Positions 24,487-42,643 of a stretch of DNA of 64,000 nt are shown here, one piece after another. Position 1 is the first letter of the stretch, and every line of letters begins with the position of its first letter. The stretch is from Amoebidium appalachense. Its lineage: Eukaryota; Protista; Ichthyosporea. Where the stretch lies: assembly GCA_963693365.1 (NCBI GenBank), contig CAVNZM010000010.1, forward strand, positions 6,759,794 to 6,823,793, written 5' to 3'. Both the position numbers and the translations under genes were made by a program. The notes under the pieces are model-generated. The model was not told where the DNA came from. It ran no database searches and worked only from the letters and a program-made list of their open reading frames with translations.

Positions 24487-24748
24487 AAAAAAAAAAAAAC
24501 CACATGTGGAGAAACGCACAAAAAAACACCGCACCTTCACACACCCATGCGCACGCACACATACACACACACACACACCAAAAAAAAAAAAAAAAAAAAA
24601 AAAAGTGGAGAAACGCACAAAAAACACCGCACCTTCACACATGCACGCACGCACGCGCGCGCGCGCACACACACACACACACACCACACACACACACTCT
24701 TGACCTCCCCTCCCCCTTCCCTTCCCTGTGTGTGTGTGTGCGTGTGAC

Positions 24749-24823
<75 letters not shown>

Positions 24824-25305
24824 GTGGTGGTGGTGGCCAGGTGGTGGTGGTGGTGTTGGTGTTGGTGGTGGTGTTGGTGGTGGTGGTGTGTGTGGTTATG
24901 TTGGTGGGAAGGGGAGGGAGGTGGTGGTTGTGTGTGTGTGTGTGTGTGTGTGTGTTGGGGGGGGGGGGGGGGGGGGGGGGGGGAGTCTTGATATGTGACT
25001 CTGCGCAGATAGGCCTGGATGACATGTAGTCGGACCTGGACTGCGTTGGAACTGAATAATCAAATTTGAGGAATATTACGCATTGTTGATGTGCTCAGTT
25101 TTATTTTACATATTAAACTTTTAGTAGCCGATGAGTGTCACCGTGTAGATGCAGTGTCATATCACACCTCTTTGTGCATGCAGCACAAGAACCGGTGTTA
25201 TACATTAGATTATTTATGCATAACTTAATTTCTAAAAGGACTCATGGAGTGGAGGCATGATATACATATTCCCCGCATATGTGCTATAGTTCATTATATA
25301 TTAGT

Positions 25306-26286
25306 TTAGCATTTCGTAGCTGGGTCCACAGTGCCATCAGCACACAGAGCAAACCACTCGACGGGATCATCGCTCCTGCGCCGAACAACAGCCCCCATGT
25401 TAGGGAAGTCCGGGTCATTACCAGCCGCGTTGAAGTGCAAGTCGGAAATCACATCGTTGGCACTGTCGGACTGAGGGAAAACGTGGTCATCCGTGTTTGT
25501 TTTGTAGATCCAAGCCTTGGCTGCAGAGTTACCGCAGTTGGCAGAAGAGGTCTCGACAAATTCCTTTATCTGTTTTCTGTTGCCACACCCCGTCTTGCCA
25601 GCATAAACATAGGAGATGCTCGCAAGTTGCAGGCCAGCCTTACTGCACACATTCCAGGCATCACGGCGTGTTTTGACCTTGGTCGGGGGCATAGAGTAGG
25701 TGATACCGTCGATTTTGATCTCACACTTGGGGGAATTCTGGGGTGCTCCAGCACAGAGAGCATAGTTGACAGGCACAGCAGGGAGACTAACAGAGCCAGC
25801 AAGCAGGCTAGCTTTTGCACCGCCATAGGGATCAAGGTTGTAAGGGTTAGGGTCGGTCTGGCGGAACACAGCGGGGGCGGTAGCAGCAATGGGTGTCCCG
25901 CCGTAGGTGTTGTTATCCCAAGAATAAATGCGCGCCCAACGGCCATATGTGTCAGTTACGGCAGTAACATCGCAGAAATGGAGTGCCGACATGGCTGCAT
26001 CCCAGTTGTTGTTTGCACTCAGGGCCTGTCCCTTCAGCACGGCGGGGCCTTCGGTCTGGGCATCCTTGCAAATGGCCTCATATGTGCCTGCCTGGGCCTT
26101 GGAGAGGTCGATGTTGACTTTGACCACAGAGAATGTGGCTTTGAGGCCAGTAGAAGCACCAGAGTAGGTGTGGGTGCAGACGTTGCTGATGGTGTAGGGA
26201 GATGTGGGGGACACGGCGGCTTGGGCAACCCTTGCACAGACTGCAAGCACGGTGGCACACTGCGGCATGATGGACTTCATTCTCAA
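25306..26286 (-). CDS. Secreted Cys-containing protein with divergent C-type-lectin-like domain(s), intronless, 326 aa
   Basis: Signal-peptide-like N-terminus ending AQA-A. The C-terminal half has DAWNVCSKAGLQLASI...AWI...FALC, matching CTLD consensus spacing. The N-terminal half has a weaker EAIC...WARIYSWD...YALC copy. TATAAAA lies on the minus strand at 26421-26427. Confidence 0.72.
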   Translation of the reverse strand: MRMKSIMPQCATVLAVCARVAQAAVSPTSPYTISNVCTHTYSGASTGLKATFSVVKVNIDLSKAQAGTYEAICKDAQTEGPAVLKGQALSANNNWDAAMSALHFCDVTAVTDTYGRWARIYSWDNNTYGGTPIAATAPAVFRQTDPNPYNLDPYGGAKASLLAGSVSLPAVPVNYALCAGAPQNSPKCEIKIDGITYSMPPTKVKTRRDAWNVCSKAGLQLASISYVYAGKTGCGNRKQIKEFVETSSANCGNSAAKAWIYKTNTDDHVFPQSDSANDVISDLHFNAAGNDPDFPNMGAVVRRRSDDPVEWFALCADGTVDPATKC

Positions 26287-26867
26287 CTAGAGATGTAGGA
26301 TATCAAGTAATACTTTGAAATCAAGGCAGGTGATAGTTGAAGTGATGTACTGTGCAATGCTTGTTATCCACCACCGTGAGCTGAATCAGAATGATAAGAT
26401 GTTTGGTGATGATTGAGCTTTTTTATAGAAAGGGGAAAGGTGCATGTGCCTTCACCGAATCGGATTGCAGTATGTTAGCAGAGATAGTGGCTATCGATCG
26501 GATCCATCTCATCGGCGTAGTTGGCGTGTTGTCACAAAAAAGGGGACTGCCGTTTTTTGACCATCGTTTCTGCAGTAGCTTCAAACCTTCGGAATGGTTT
26601 CAAAAGATCACCTATAGGCACCCCAACGACAAAACTGGTAGATCTCGAGGGACTTCATACATCACTGACTATGACATTAAATTATCGGAATTTATACTAA
26701 CATTTTGGGGCATGCAATCTACCAGTTGCCTGTACTATCCCGGTGGTTCAAGTACAAATCACTATGATTATTATTCCTCCGAGCAGGCTCAGCCTGAAGC
26801 TTGCGCGAATTTGTGTGTATAGTGTATTGTACTGTATGTGCTCTCACATGTGTGTGTCACAGTAAGT

Positions 26868-26902
<35 letters not shown>

Positions 26903-27176
26903 ACTTTAAACTTTAAGCCTTGATATTGGACCACGGGACATCTATGCATCCACAGCTTTCCAACCTCTCGTCTAAATATAAGTGCGAGGGATGCACCATA
27001 TATGATATGGACCATGCACGATGATGATAAATGATGGTTCAACATCATCACCTCAAATTTGAAGAAGCTGTTACGCATCAGTACAGCATTAGGGATCAGA
27101 CAGGGTTGCTCGTGCATTTTGTAGTGCATGGCAAGGCCCAGGTTTTCGTATTGTTTTTTTCCCTTTTCTTTTGGCC

Positions 27177-27215
<39 letters not shown>

Positions 27216-27610
27216 GGGGGGGGGAGGGGGGAAGGGGGGGGGGAAGGGGGGGGGGGGGGGGGGGGGGAGGGGGGTGCAGGAGAGGGAACCTTCCAGCTTC
27301 CCTGGAAGGGAGGGGCGGGGGAGGGGGAGAAAGCACATGCATTGAATTTATCCTTGCCATTGGTATACATCGATACTATCGATACATCACTGACCGGCGC
27401 GGTCCCGGCTATGGGTATTCGTTACATACGGATACATAAACTGTTGTGCGGGCCTACACGCTTTTATAAAAAATGAACGTTGAACACTGCCTCAGGCTTA
27501 CCGTGTTGTGTGTGCGCCGGTTTACGGACTTCTTGCCGTCTGAATGGTGCGTCTTCAAAAGTTCGCGAACTGCTTGCCGGCGGATCTAATCTACAAACCA
27601 AACAAACAAG

Positions 27611-28725
27611 TGTACTATCACTGAGCGAATATCCATATTGGCGGGTATCCCGACACTCTTGATTATCCCGATCAATAAAGGATCGGACAGACCGCGGTGT
27701 CGGTCAGTCTGAGATAGAGACAGTCTGAGATAGACAGTCGAAGATTCACTTCACGGTGTCGCATAGTTAGCAAATGGTTAGCAGAGAGTAACTGGAAAGA
27801 TTCTGCAAACCTCTCCATGATTCCCACCCACCCTTCCCACAAGAAAATACACACCATGAACGAAGGCTGAGACTCGCCCACTAGAAATTAGATCTAACCA
27901 TCTCCAGACATCCGATGATTTCAATCATCCGAATCATCCTTCCGATGATTTCAATCATCCTTCCATTATGACATTTGGCATGGCCGACAGCAGCCCATTC
28001 ATTCTGTATAAAATGACTTCAACAGAACACCTTTAAAAACTCAAAACACAACACCACACATGTACCAAGTGCGGCAAGCCTTACACGCGGTTGCCAGTGT
28101 GGCTTTGCCAAGAACGGTGGCAACGGTAGTGGCGCAACAGGTACGAAGTACCGTGGGACCTTCCCGGGGCCTGCAGCTACTGGTGCGTTTCCCACGGGAA
28201 CCTACCCGACCCCCTACCAGGGCCCTGCCCCGTTTCATGCACCAAATGTCCCAGGGTACGTATACGTATATACTACCTTGCCCTACAACACGGCCACAAC
28301 CACCACCTCCGCATGGCTCTCACTACACTGTAGCCACGGTTCCCAGAAACACAACTTTTTACGTAAGTCTCCACCTGGTATGTATTACCAAGTCTAAACT
28401 CTAGGGTAAAAATTACGCAGCGTTAAAAAAAAAAAAAACGCACACACACAAGTTGAGCTACATACTCGCTCTCCTTGACACAGTGCACAAAAACAAAGGG
28501 GATGCAATACTGGCAATAACCACACCATCGGACACAACACATGCACACAGCTCTCAGATGCCGATACAACGGTCACTGTCGAAACAACAAGAGCTACAGA
28601 CAAGCACCAAAAAAGAGGGAAAGAAAACCAAAAAAAAATGAAAGGTGCACAACTTGAAAACGGAGACACTCCCTCCCACATGCAAGCCGTAGTGCAAACT
28701 TGTGTATAGCTAATGCTATGCTCAA

Positions 28726-28760
<35 letters not shown>

Positions 28761-31470
28761 CCCCCTTGCATGTACTACTACACTTGTCGTCAACAACAAC
28801 ACAAACCGAGCTCATACCTACATTATAAATTATCTATCATACGGTACATTTATTATAAACCAAAATTGAAGCATACCCGCCCAAAACATACATATGGGGG
28901 GATGGGTACGGAGTGAAAACATGCTCCACTGTGCATGCTACGAAACTTTTAGCGAGGCCATACTGCCCCTCACACAAGGAGCAACGGATAAAGGAGACAG
29001 ACTGCAAACTAAGTGCACTGGCAGCTCCACGACTGTTGAGGTTTAGTCACAGGCCCACGGCCATCTAGCCGTGTTCACAGGCCTAACCTCAACATTCACA
29101 CAGTGCACACATTTGCCTCGTCATACCAACAGCTGTGCTGGCTGGCTATCACAAACAAAAAGGGGCACGAACACAAATAAATGTTAAAAAACTTAAAACA
29201 AAGATCACAGTGAGAGGTATGTGGTTGATCCCATTACTCTCATACAAAACAAAGCAGTCCTTCACATTTGTTGCAGGCGCGGAGCATTGCACATATATGA
29301 AACCCAGTCCGACAAAGTCATGACTACACGTGTACATAAAAGGGTTGGAGCACCCTACAACACTAGAAAAACACACGGACTGAAAGTCTCCACAACAACT
29401 ATATAACGGTGAGTAACACAAAAAGGAAGCGTATACACATATTGACGTGACCACAAAGACACTACTGGAACGTGCCTTTAAAGGTCACACAGGTCACACC
29501 ACTTTGACCTACGAATCGGTGACTTAAAATGGGAAACCACTCACGAACCCCATTTACTACCACAGGTATCTAACAGGGACACTAAGTCTTCCCACTGACC
29601 ACACACTACAAATTGGCTATGTGGAAGACTGAGTCGAGGGAGAAAATTCACAAAAGCCCCCGTACCTCACAACTTAATTCCCAGAAGCACAAACAGGCTT
29701 CTACACATCTGCCCACACACTGCTATTTCGTATTATGATGGCAGATATACTAACCCACAAATGGGACATAAGGACCACCACCACAATATTCTAAATATCA
29801 TGAACTAGTGATGGTAACACTGTTGCAGCTTAGCGGACGAACCCCCACTAATGCACACAGTATACGGCCGAAAGGCTCATTTGCAGAAGCATTCTACCGA
29901 CTACGCCACTTTGTGTTGAAACACAAAACAACACATACACGGCACAAAATACCCAAAAAGGGTCATGCAACAAAGGGTCACACAAAAAGGGTCACACATA
30001 ACAAACACACAACCACACACACAATAATACCCCCCAGCGAGAATTCCACACGACTGCGACATGCGACATACACACTCTGCACACACACACACAATCAACG
30101 GCGTGCACGCACACATGCACACACACACACATATTGATGGATTCAGAACACAAACAATTATTCACAAACACATAAACACGCCCTTGCATAGACACGTGTA
30201 CATACGCATGTACACACAAGCGTACACACGCAAGCACACACACAAAAAACAAAACAAGTAAACACAAAGCCAAGATGTGTATACATGTACACATACCATA
30301 CACACGGCGTACCGTGACACAACACATTTACACGCCACACACGTGCACAAACGCACACAAACAAACACACACATTGACACACACATAATGTCACATGCGC
30401 AGACAGTGTACACGCACATTTTGTACACATGTACATCGCACGCGTACACATACTCACGTCTACACACATAGGCACACACAAAACACAAACACAAACAAAC
30501 ACATAGGCCATCACACACACGTATACACAAACACATCATCGGTACACACATACATAACACACAGAGAGAGAAACAAGCACATAAGTAACACACAGGCATA
30601 CACACACAAACAAACAAAGAAACAAAACACACCATTTAGGATACACACACATGTACATACACCTGTACACAAACACACACGCACGTGTACATACACATGT
30701 ACACACAGACAAACCAATGCACACACAGACCTGCACAAATGTGCGCACACGCACACAAAAACACACAAACGTGTACATAACACACTGTACAAACACACAC
30801 ACACAGGTAAACATGCACAAGTACAGTACATACAGACATATAATAAACAAACAAACAAAACAAACAAACAAACAAACACCCAAAAACGCACACGCACGCA
30901 CACAAACCCACACATTTGTGCACACTACCCACACGTGACCACGCTCAGAACAGAGCACATGTACTGTGCTGATTCTAGCGACAACCGCTATTATTAGCAC
31001 AAGAGACAGACGTGAAAACGTACACTCGCCCTTTGGTACATAAGTACCACACAGCTGTCTCGTGCTTAACATAGCACACATGGGCCCAAGGTAACACAAC
31101 AAAGGTCCTGAGGAGTTTTCTAAGGGCGTTTCCCTCCTCGAAACACAGGGAATAGTGCGACTCCCTGTACAAAAACCGCCCTCGCCCCTCTTAATGCATT
31201 GAACAGATTAGTTGCAAACAGGAAGAATACTAAGTGCACAAAAGCACACGTGGCAAAAATGGCAACACAACATCATCTCTCCGGTAAAGCTTCAGGGACG
31301 AAGCTTTCTCCCGGGGGGGGATGTACTATCACTGAGCGAATATCCGGATTGGCGGATATCCCGACACTCTTGATTATCCCGATCAATAAAGGATCGGACA
31401 GACCGCGGTGTCGGTCAGCCTGAGATAGAGACAGTCTGAGATAGACAGTCGAAGATTCACATAGTTAGCA
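27611..31470 (+). mobile_element. Non-autonomous LTR retroelement with short LTRs
   Basis: LTR1 27611-27772 and LTR2 31322-31470 both run TG...CA and differ by 4 substitutions plus a 13-bp indel. AACAAG flanks both ends. PBS-like TGGTTAGCAGAG at 27775 (tRNA-iMet-type TGGTAGCAGAG with one extra T). G-rich PPT directly before LTR2. No gag/pol ORF inside. Confidence 0.85.
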
Positions 31471-32593
31471 AACAAGCCAACAGCCAATCAAAAAATGCTT
31501 GCTCTAATTGGCAAATACACACAGAAAGTTATGTGCACATGACAGATTTCCAATCACAAAGCACCAGCGTAGATCTGTATATCTCCACGGATTCCACGCT
31601 AATTACATACTCTGACTGAGAACATGAGGCACTACGTATACATCATGACCGGCGAAGGTTACGCGACAGCTCCCAAGTGACCAACCTGCTCGATCCACCA
31701 GCGACGCAACAGCTTCATCGCGATAATTATCAACATGAACTGGGCCGCAGCATTCTCACGTGTCCACTTGCAACTGGGCCGCGATCTAGATCTCTGAGAG
31801 GCGCACGCATGCGCACCTCTGCTGTCTTGGCAATCACGAGGTCGAGCTGGCCAATGAATCTACAGCCCCGGTTTGCATGCTGGGAGGAACGTGTCCACCG
31901 TGCACGTGACTAATCTGGTCAAAGAGTAGCTATAGTGCACCTCAAAAAATGCACCTTCGAATTTGTACATAAAACAACATTATCCACTGCGATGCAGTAG
32001 TTATTACAGGCTGGTGTCACTTTGTCTTCGAATTAAAATTTTCGTCACTTCTCTAAACCCCCCCCCCCCCCCCCCCCCACCCCTCACCCCCCACCCCCCC
32101 TCTCTTCCCCCACCCACCCTCCCACAAACCCCTGCTCATGATCACCTCTTCCTCGAGTCGCCATCTCTCGATCCCCCTGTTCCGGCAAGCCCTCCTCCCT
32201 CCCAGTTCCCATCATTTATAAATCCGATCCTATTACCGTTACTGCAGGCTACATAATTTTCGTGGGTTTCAGACACGGTTGGAGTTGTTGGGGTTTGTCA
32301 ACATGTTGCGTGCCTGAGGCTCATCCAAACGTCACTCGAAAGAATGATGGCGGCCATGGCGGCAAACGATGTCTCAAAAACATGCTGCGCACCAATAACA
32401 CCCGGCAGTCTGGAAAGCACGTGCACCGCATCGTTGATCAGGCTACTGCTGTTAATCATCTGGTTGTAATTATTACCTGTAGCCTACATAATAATATACG
32501 ATGGTGATGGAAGCAATGAGCAAAAAGACAGTTGAATAGTTTCTACGCCTCCCACGTGTTGGTTAGCAGACTAAAAGAGGGTGAAGCTTCGAA

Positions 32594-32907
32594 GGAGCCT
32601 CGGACTGGAAGCCCCTCACATGTACATGCTCAATCGATATCTGGAAGAAGTTCAAAATCGATTCTAAAACCCGGAGGAGGGGATCGATGGGATAGAGCGA
32701 GTGGGAAACTGGGGGAGAAGAGAGGGGCCTTCGGGAGGGGAGGGGGGGAACCGGGAGTTGGAGCCTCGGACTGGAAGCCCCTCACATGTACATGCTCAAT
32801 CGATATCTGGAAGAAGTTCAAAATCGATTCTAAAACCCGGAGGAGGGGATCGATGGGATAGAGCGAGTGGGAAACTGGGGAAGAAGGGAGGGGCCCTCGG
32901 GAGGGGG

Positions 32908-32942
<35 letters not shown>

Positions 32943-32954
32943 GCCGGGAGTTGG
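32594..32954. repeat. Near-perfect tandem duplication, unit about 166 bp
   Basis: GGAGCCTCGGACTGGAAGCCCCTCACATGTACATGCTC...GGGAAACTGGGG starts at both 32594 and 32760. Confidence 0.9.
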
Positions 32955-32973
32955 TCCCAGGAGAGAGAGAGTC

Positions 32974-33034
<61 letters not shown>

Positions 33035-33224
33035 GGGGGGGGGAGGGGGGGGGGCAGAGAGAGAGAGAGAGAACGGGAGAGAGAGAGGGGAGGGGGGGGG
33101 GGGGGGGGGGGGGTTGTTCTCCGGCAGTGGTCAGAGCAATAACATCAGACACGGAACTATTATACAACTAGGATTAATTCATTGGTATTGATGGATTGGG
33201 TCGGGCCCATGACATCAACATACA

Positions 33225-38929
<5,705 letters not shown>

Positions 38930-39597
38930 TCTTGCCTATTGGCGGCCATTGACTTCCGCGGCCTCAACGATAAAGGCTTACTTCAGGGCTTGTCCGTGTG
39001 CATATGTGCAGTGCTGTGCCGTGTTTTGGTTCCAATCCATGCTTTGGATATTGAAACTTGAAATCAATCATTGAAATGTTGATGTTGTTGAGGGGGGTTT
39101 TTTCTTCTTCTTTTGACTGGATTTATTCAACGGAAAGATATGCAAGTATGCACGGCATACGGAGAAGACAATAAAAACTTCACGAGTTATCCAGTAACAA
39201 GTGCATACTGAGATACCTGAACACTGTGTGAAAATCATATAAATACTCAATGTGACGACCAACAGAATTCAACAAAAAGTCTAAAGTGTTCACATTGCCA
39301 GCTAGTGTAGCAGATACCCGGAGGGAAAGAGGTAAATTGAGGGGGTTTACGCTGTTTACTCGAGGCAAAGAGAAACCAGTCTCAGGTATGGGGGGGGGTT
39401 TGCTCGGAATATCCCCTCAGCGGTATATCATGATCACGTACATAGATGTCGGGTGATGACTATATATCAGGGTTTACTTTCTCTACGAGGCACCATAAAG
39501 ACTACAAGGAGAAATCAATTAGTTGGGGTTCCCCGTTTTTTTTTTTTTTTTTTTTTAAAAAAAAAGGGGCTCCCCTGGGACACTCGGTATCAGCTGG

Positions 39598-39658
<61 letters not shown>

Positions 39659-40450
39659 TGTGTGTGTGTTTGTGTGTGTGTGCGCGTGCGCTAGAATTTT
39701 GTAGTGATGTGTTTCTCAAGCCAATCAATAGGGGCAAACCTGCAAATCTTGAGAGCCCTGTAAATCGTGAGAAACTTATGATCCCATACTTGGTTATTTT
39801 CTTTTTTTGTGCGTTTTTTCTCATTGGTTTTGTTTGAATATGGGCGGGGAAATGGGTGGGGCGGTTACTGGCACTCAGGCCTGCAACGGCAAAAAAAAAC
39901 GGCGCTTCTCCGATACCTAGAACGTGAAATGTGAGCTCTCATGAGCTGCTGGCCAAAACCCTTCGGACATGTTTTCTACATAATAAACGGGCACAAACCA
40001 CTTTCTTTTCAACTAAATAAGTGTTTCTGATCATGAGTAGTTTTTGCCTTTGTTTGGGTGTAATTGTGTACTGTAGGGGTAGGTAGCTGGTGTGAGCACG
40101 TGATGCTCGGGGTAGCATTGGCCTTCATTACTGACCACAACACTAGCATAGTACAGCACTGTTGTAACTGCGTGTCAGAAAATGGCAAAGGCTCCCAAAA
40201 AAAACAAGCATATGCCTAAGCTTCGCAAAAAAGGGCCCACTCGCAGTGCACCTAGTGTAATAAAGCAGGGTTACAAGTACGGGCCCAAGTATAATCCCAT
40301 GTTCATGGAACAGGCAACTAGACAGCTAAAGAAGAGAAGCTCAGTCAAGCAACGGGTTGCCGAAGTAGCTGCAACCACTGGCATTTCCGTTGCAACCCTA
40401 TACAGACACAAAAAAGACCCTGAGTATGGAAACAAGAAACCGGGCCCTAA

Positions 40451-41060
40451 TGTTGTATAATAAGATCGTGTGTCTGTGACAAACAATATGTTTATAAATG
40501 AACGGGGTTGACTAGACCACGCTTTGCTTAGTTACGTGCTAGTCCTACTTACACCTAGTAAGCCGAGCACACTGAGTGAGCTCTGAAGCCCCCGACATGC
40601 CCTTATATCGGAGCTCGCACAGCGGCTCAGACATGCGCATCGGTATGTGCTTTTTGGCTACGAGAGCCAATCACATACGGTTCACGGTTCTGTCCCATGG
40701 CTATCACGGTTCCAATAAACCTAGTGAGCCAATCGGGTGACAGTACTTGATTATCGATGCATTCCACAGTCATACCTCACGGCTACTTGCATATTTTCCC
40801 ATGATAAAACTATAACTTAACGCTCATGGTTCCTCTACTACGTGTCGGTCCCATGTGGCTATTATATCTGTTTCCCCATGAATAATCCTGCAAGTTGCAC
40901 GTGCACATATGTTTAACTCCATGCTCATGCGCACAAGACTGGGGGGGACATGCATACTGGCCTACCTAAGATCAAACACAGTGGTATATATACATGTACA
41001 CGTGTGCGTATATCTCAACCTGTGTACATCCATACTAGATATCCGGTATAATATACCACA
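40451..41060 (-). repeat. 3' LTR
   Basis: Direct repeat of 47582-48191. Confidence 0.97.
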
Positions 41061-41100
41061 CGCCCCACCGTAAAAAGAAGTATGTCGTCCTCGACATACG

Positions 41101-42639
41101 TCACCATGCTCCACACAATGAGTCAATGTATCCGTGGAACGATGCAAGGTCACCTCTGCGTTGGTGGAACTCTCGGATCTTGTCCGGGCAGGCTAAGTCT
41201 TTCTCACACTCCCAAGAGGTGAATGAATCATCTTTGCCTGCCCACTTGATCTGGTACCACTTGTAAGGGGTGGATTGCTTGCGCCGTTTCTGAATTCTTA
41301 CGTCAAGCACCTTTTCCACCACCCACTCGTCCGGCAGAACCTTGTTGAAGTTGTGACTATCGCCCGTGTCCGGGAGGTGAGAGAGATCTTGAGGCCGAAT
41401 TCTATTTTGCTCACTCAATTCAAGCTGAATATCGTCCACGTGCCACTTAGATTTCTTCATAGTTGCTAAGCTTCGGATCTCGTACGTGACCGGGCCGACC
41501 CTTTTGACGATTTCGTAACCCGTAATCCACCGTACATCCCAGGCACCGATATTTTTGGCTTGATTCCGAACACGTATCCGTGCACCCTTCTTAAATTCAC
41601 GAGCCACCGAGGGGCCTGGGGGCTCTCGTACGGCACGTTGCTGGACCACAGCACGGAGCAGAGGCAGACGGGCTAGTAACTCTCGCCGGTATGCCTTCCA
41701 CTCTGGGTCCTTGAGTGCCGGGTGGTTACTGCTAAGAAGGGCAACGTCAGGGAATTGTGTTGCTTCTTGCCCGTACACAAGATAATACGGTGTACATTGC
41801 AAAATTTTGTGTGTTGTTGTGTTGTATGCATGTGTAACCACCGGCAACAGAGTGTCCCAATTAGTGTGCTCATAATTAACGTACTTTGAGAGTGCATTAT
41901 TAATAAATCTATGAGACCGTTCATTGGAACCGTTGCTTTGTGGGTGATATGCAGAGGTGCTCACTTGTGCAATATTTGCTATACGGCAAATCTCAATAAT
42001 TAGCTCATTGAGAAATTCTGATCCTTGATCACTCAAGAGTGTACGAGGGGGGCCGTGTATATAGCAAATTACATTCATGAGTGCATGTGCAACATTAACG
42101 GCATGCTTAGATTGGATGGGCACAGTGATTAAATACTTCGTTGCCATATCCATAAACACACAAATGAAAGTATTACCATTTTTCGTTTCTGTGAACGGAC
42201 CCATAAGGTCAACAGAAACACGAGAGAACATTTTTAAATTTTCGTATCTCTGTTCAAATGGCCTACTTCTCAAGTGTGGGTTATCGTTACGGCCTTGGCA
42301 CTGTGTGCAGGCATTCACATAAGCAGTGATATCTTTGTGCATGCGTGGCCAATAATAATTGTATAATCTTTCGTAAGTTCGTTCAATGCCAGTATGAGCC
42401 CCCCCGTCGTGCACACTTCTTAATAAATCAGCACGAAGGATTTCGGGCACATACAGGCAACGACGACCATCCTTAGCCACATGATAAAGCACGTCATCCT
42501 CTATCACACACATTTGTGCTATTTTCTTAACCTTTTTGTATCCGAAATACTCAAGATTAAGACCGTGTGCAGCTCGTTCCCCCCTGCCTGCCATTCCCGT
42601 TTGGCCTCGGCATCGAGGGAGGCAAGCCACCGGAGCCAC
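41101..42639 (-). CDS. pol: Integrase + chromodomain (3' part of pol, frameshifted from RT/RH)
   Basis: HHCC (HDGGAH...CTQC), catalytic VDLMGP, SDQGSEF and SNERS. C-terminal WVVEKVLDVR...YQIKWAG...SWECEKDL chromodomain. Confidence 0.95.
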   Translation of the reverse strand: MAPVACLPRCRGQTGMAGRGERAAHGLNLEYFGYKKVKKIAQMCVIEDDVLYHVAKDGRRCLYVPEILRADLLRSVHDGGAHTGIERTYERLYNYYWPRMHKDITAYVNACTQCQGRNDNPHLRSRPFEQRYENLKMFSRVSVDLMGPFTETKNGNTFICVFMDMATKYLITVPIQSKHAVNVAHALMNVICYIHGPPRTLLSDQGSEFLNELIIEICRIANIAQVSTSAYHPQSNGSNERSHRFINNALSKYVNYEHTNWDTLLPVVTHAYNTTTHKILQCTPYYLVYGQEATQFPDVALLSSNHPALKDPEWKAYRRELLARLPLLRAVVQQRAVREPPGPSVAREFKKGARIRVRNQAKNIGAWDVRWITGYEIVKRVGPVTYEIRSLATMKKSKWHVDDIQLELSEQNRIRPQDLSHLPDTGDSHNFNKVLPDEWVVEKVLDVRIQKRRKQSTPYKWYQIKWAGKDDSFTSWECEKDLACPDKIREFHQRRGDLASFHGYIDSLCGAW

Positions 42640-42643
42640 GTGA

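Noticed and set aside
25279-26298. 339-aa plus-strand ORF
   Set aside because: Antisense shadow of the minus-strand secreted-protein gene, which has the signal peptide, motifs and TATA box.
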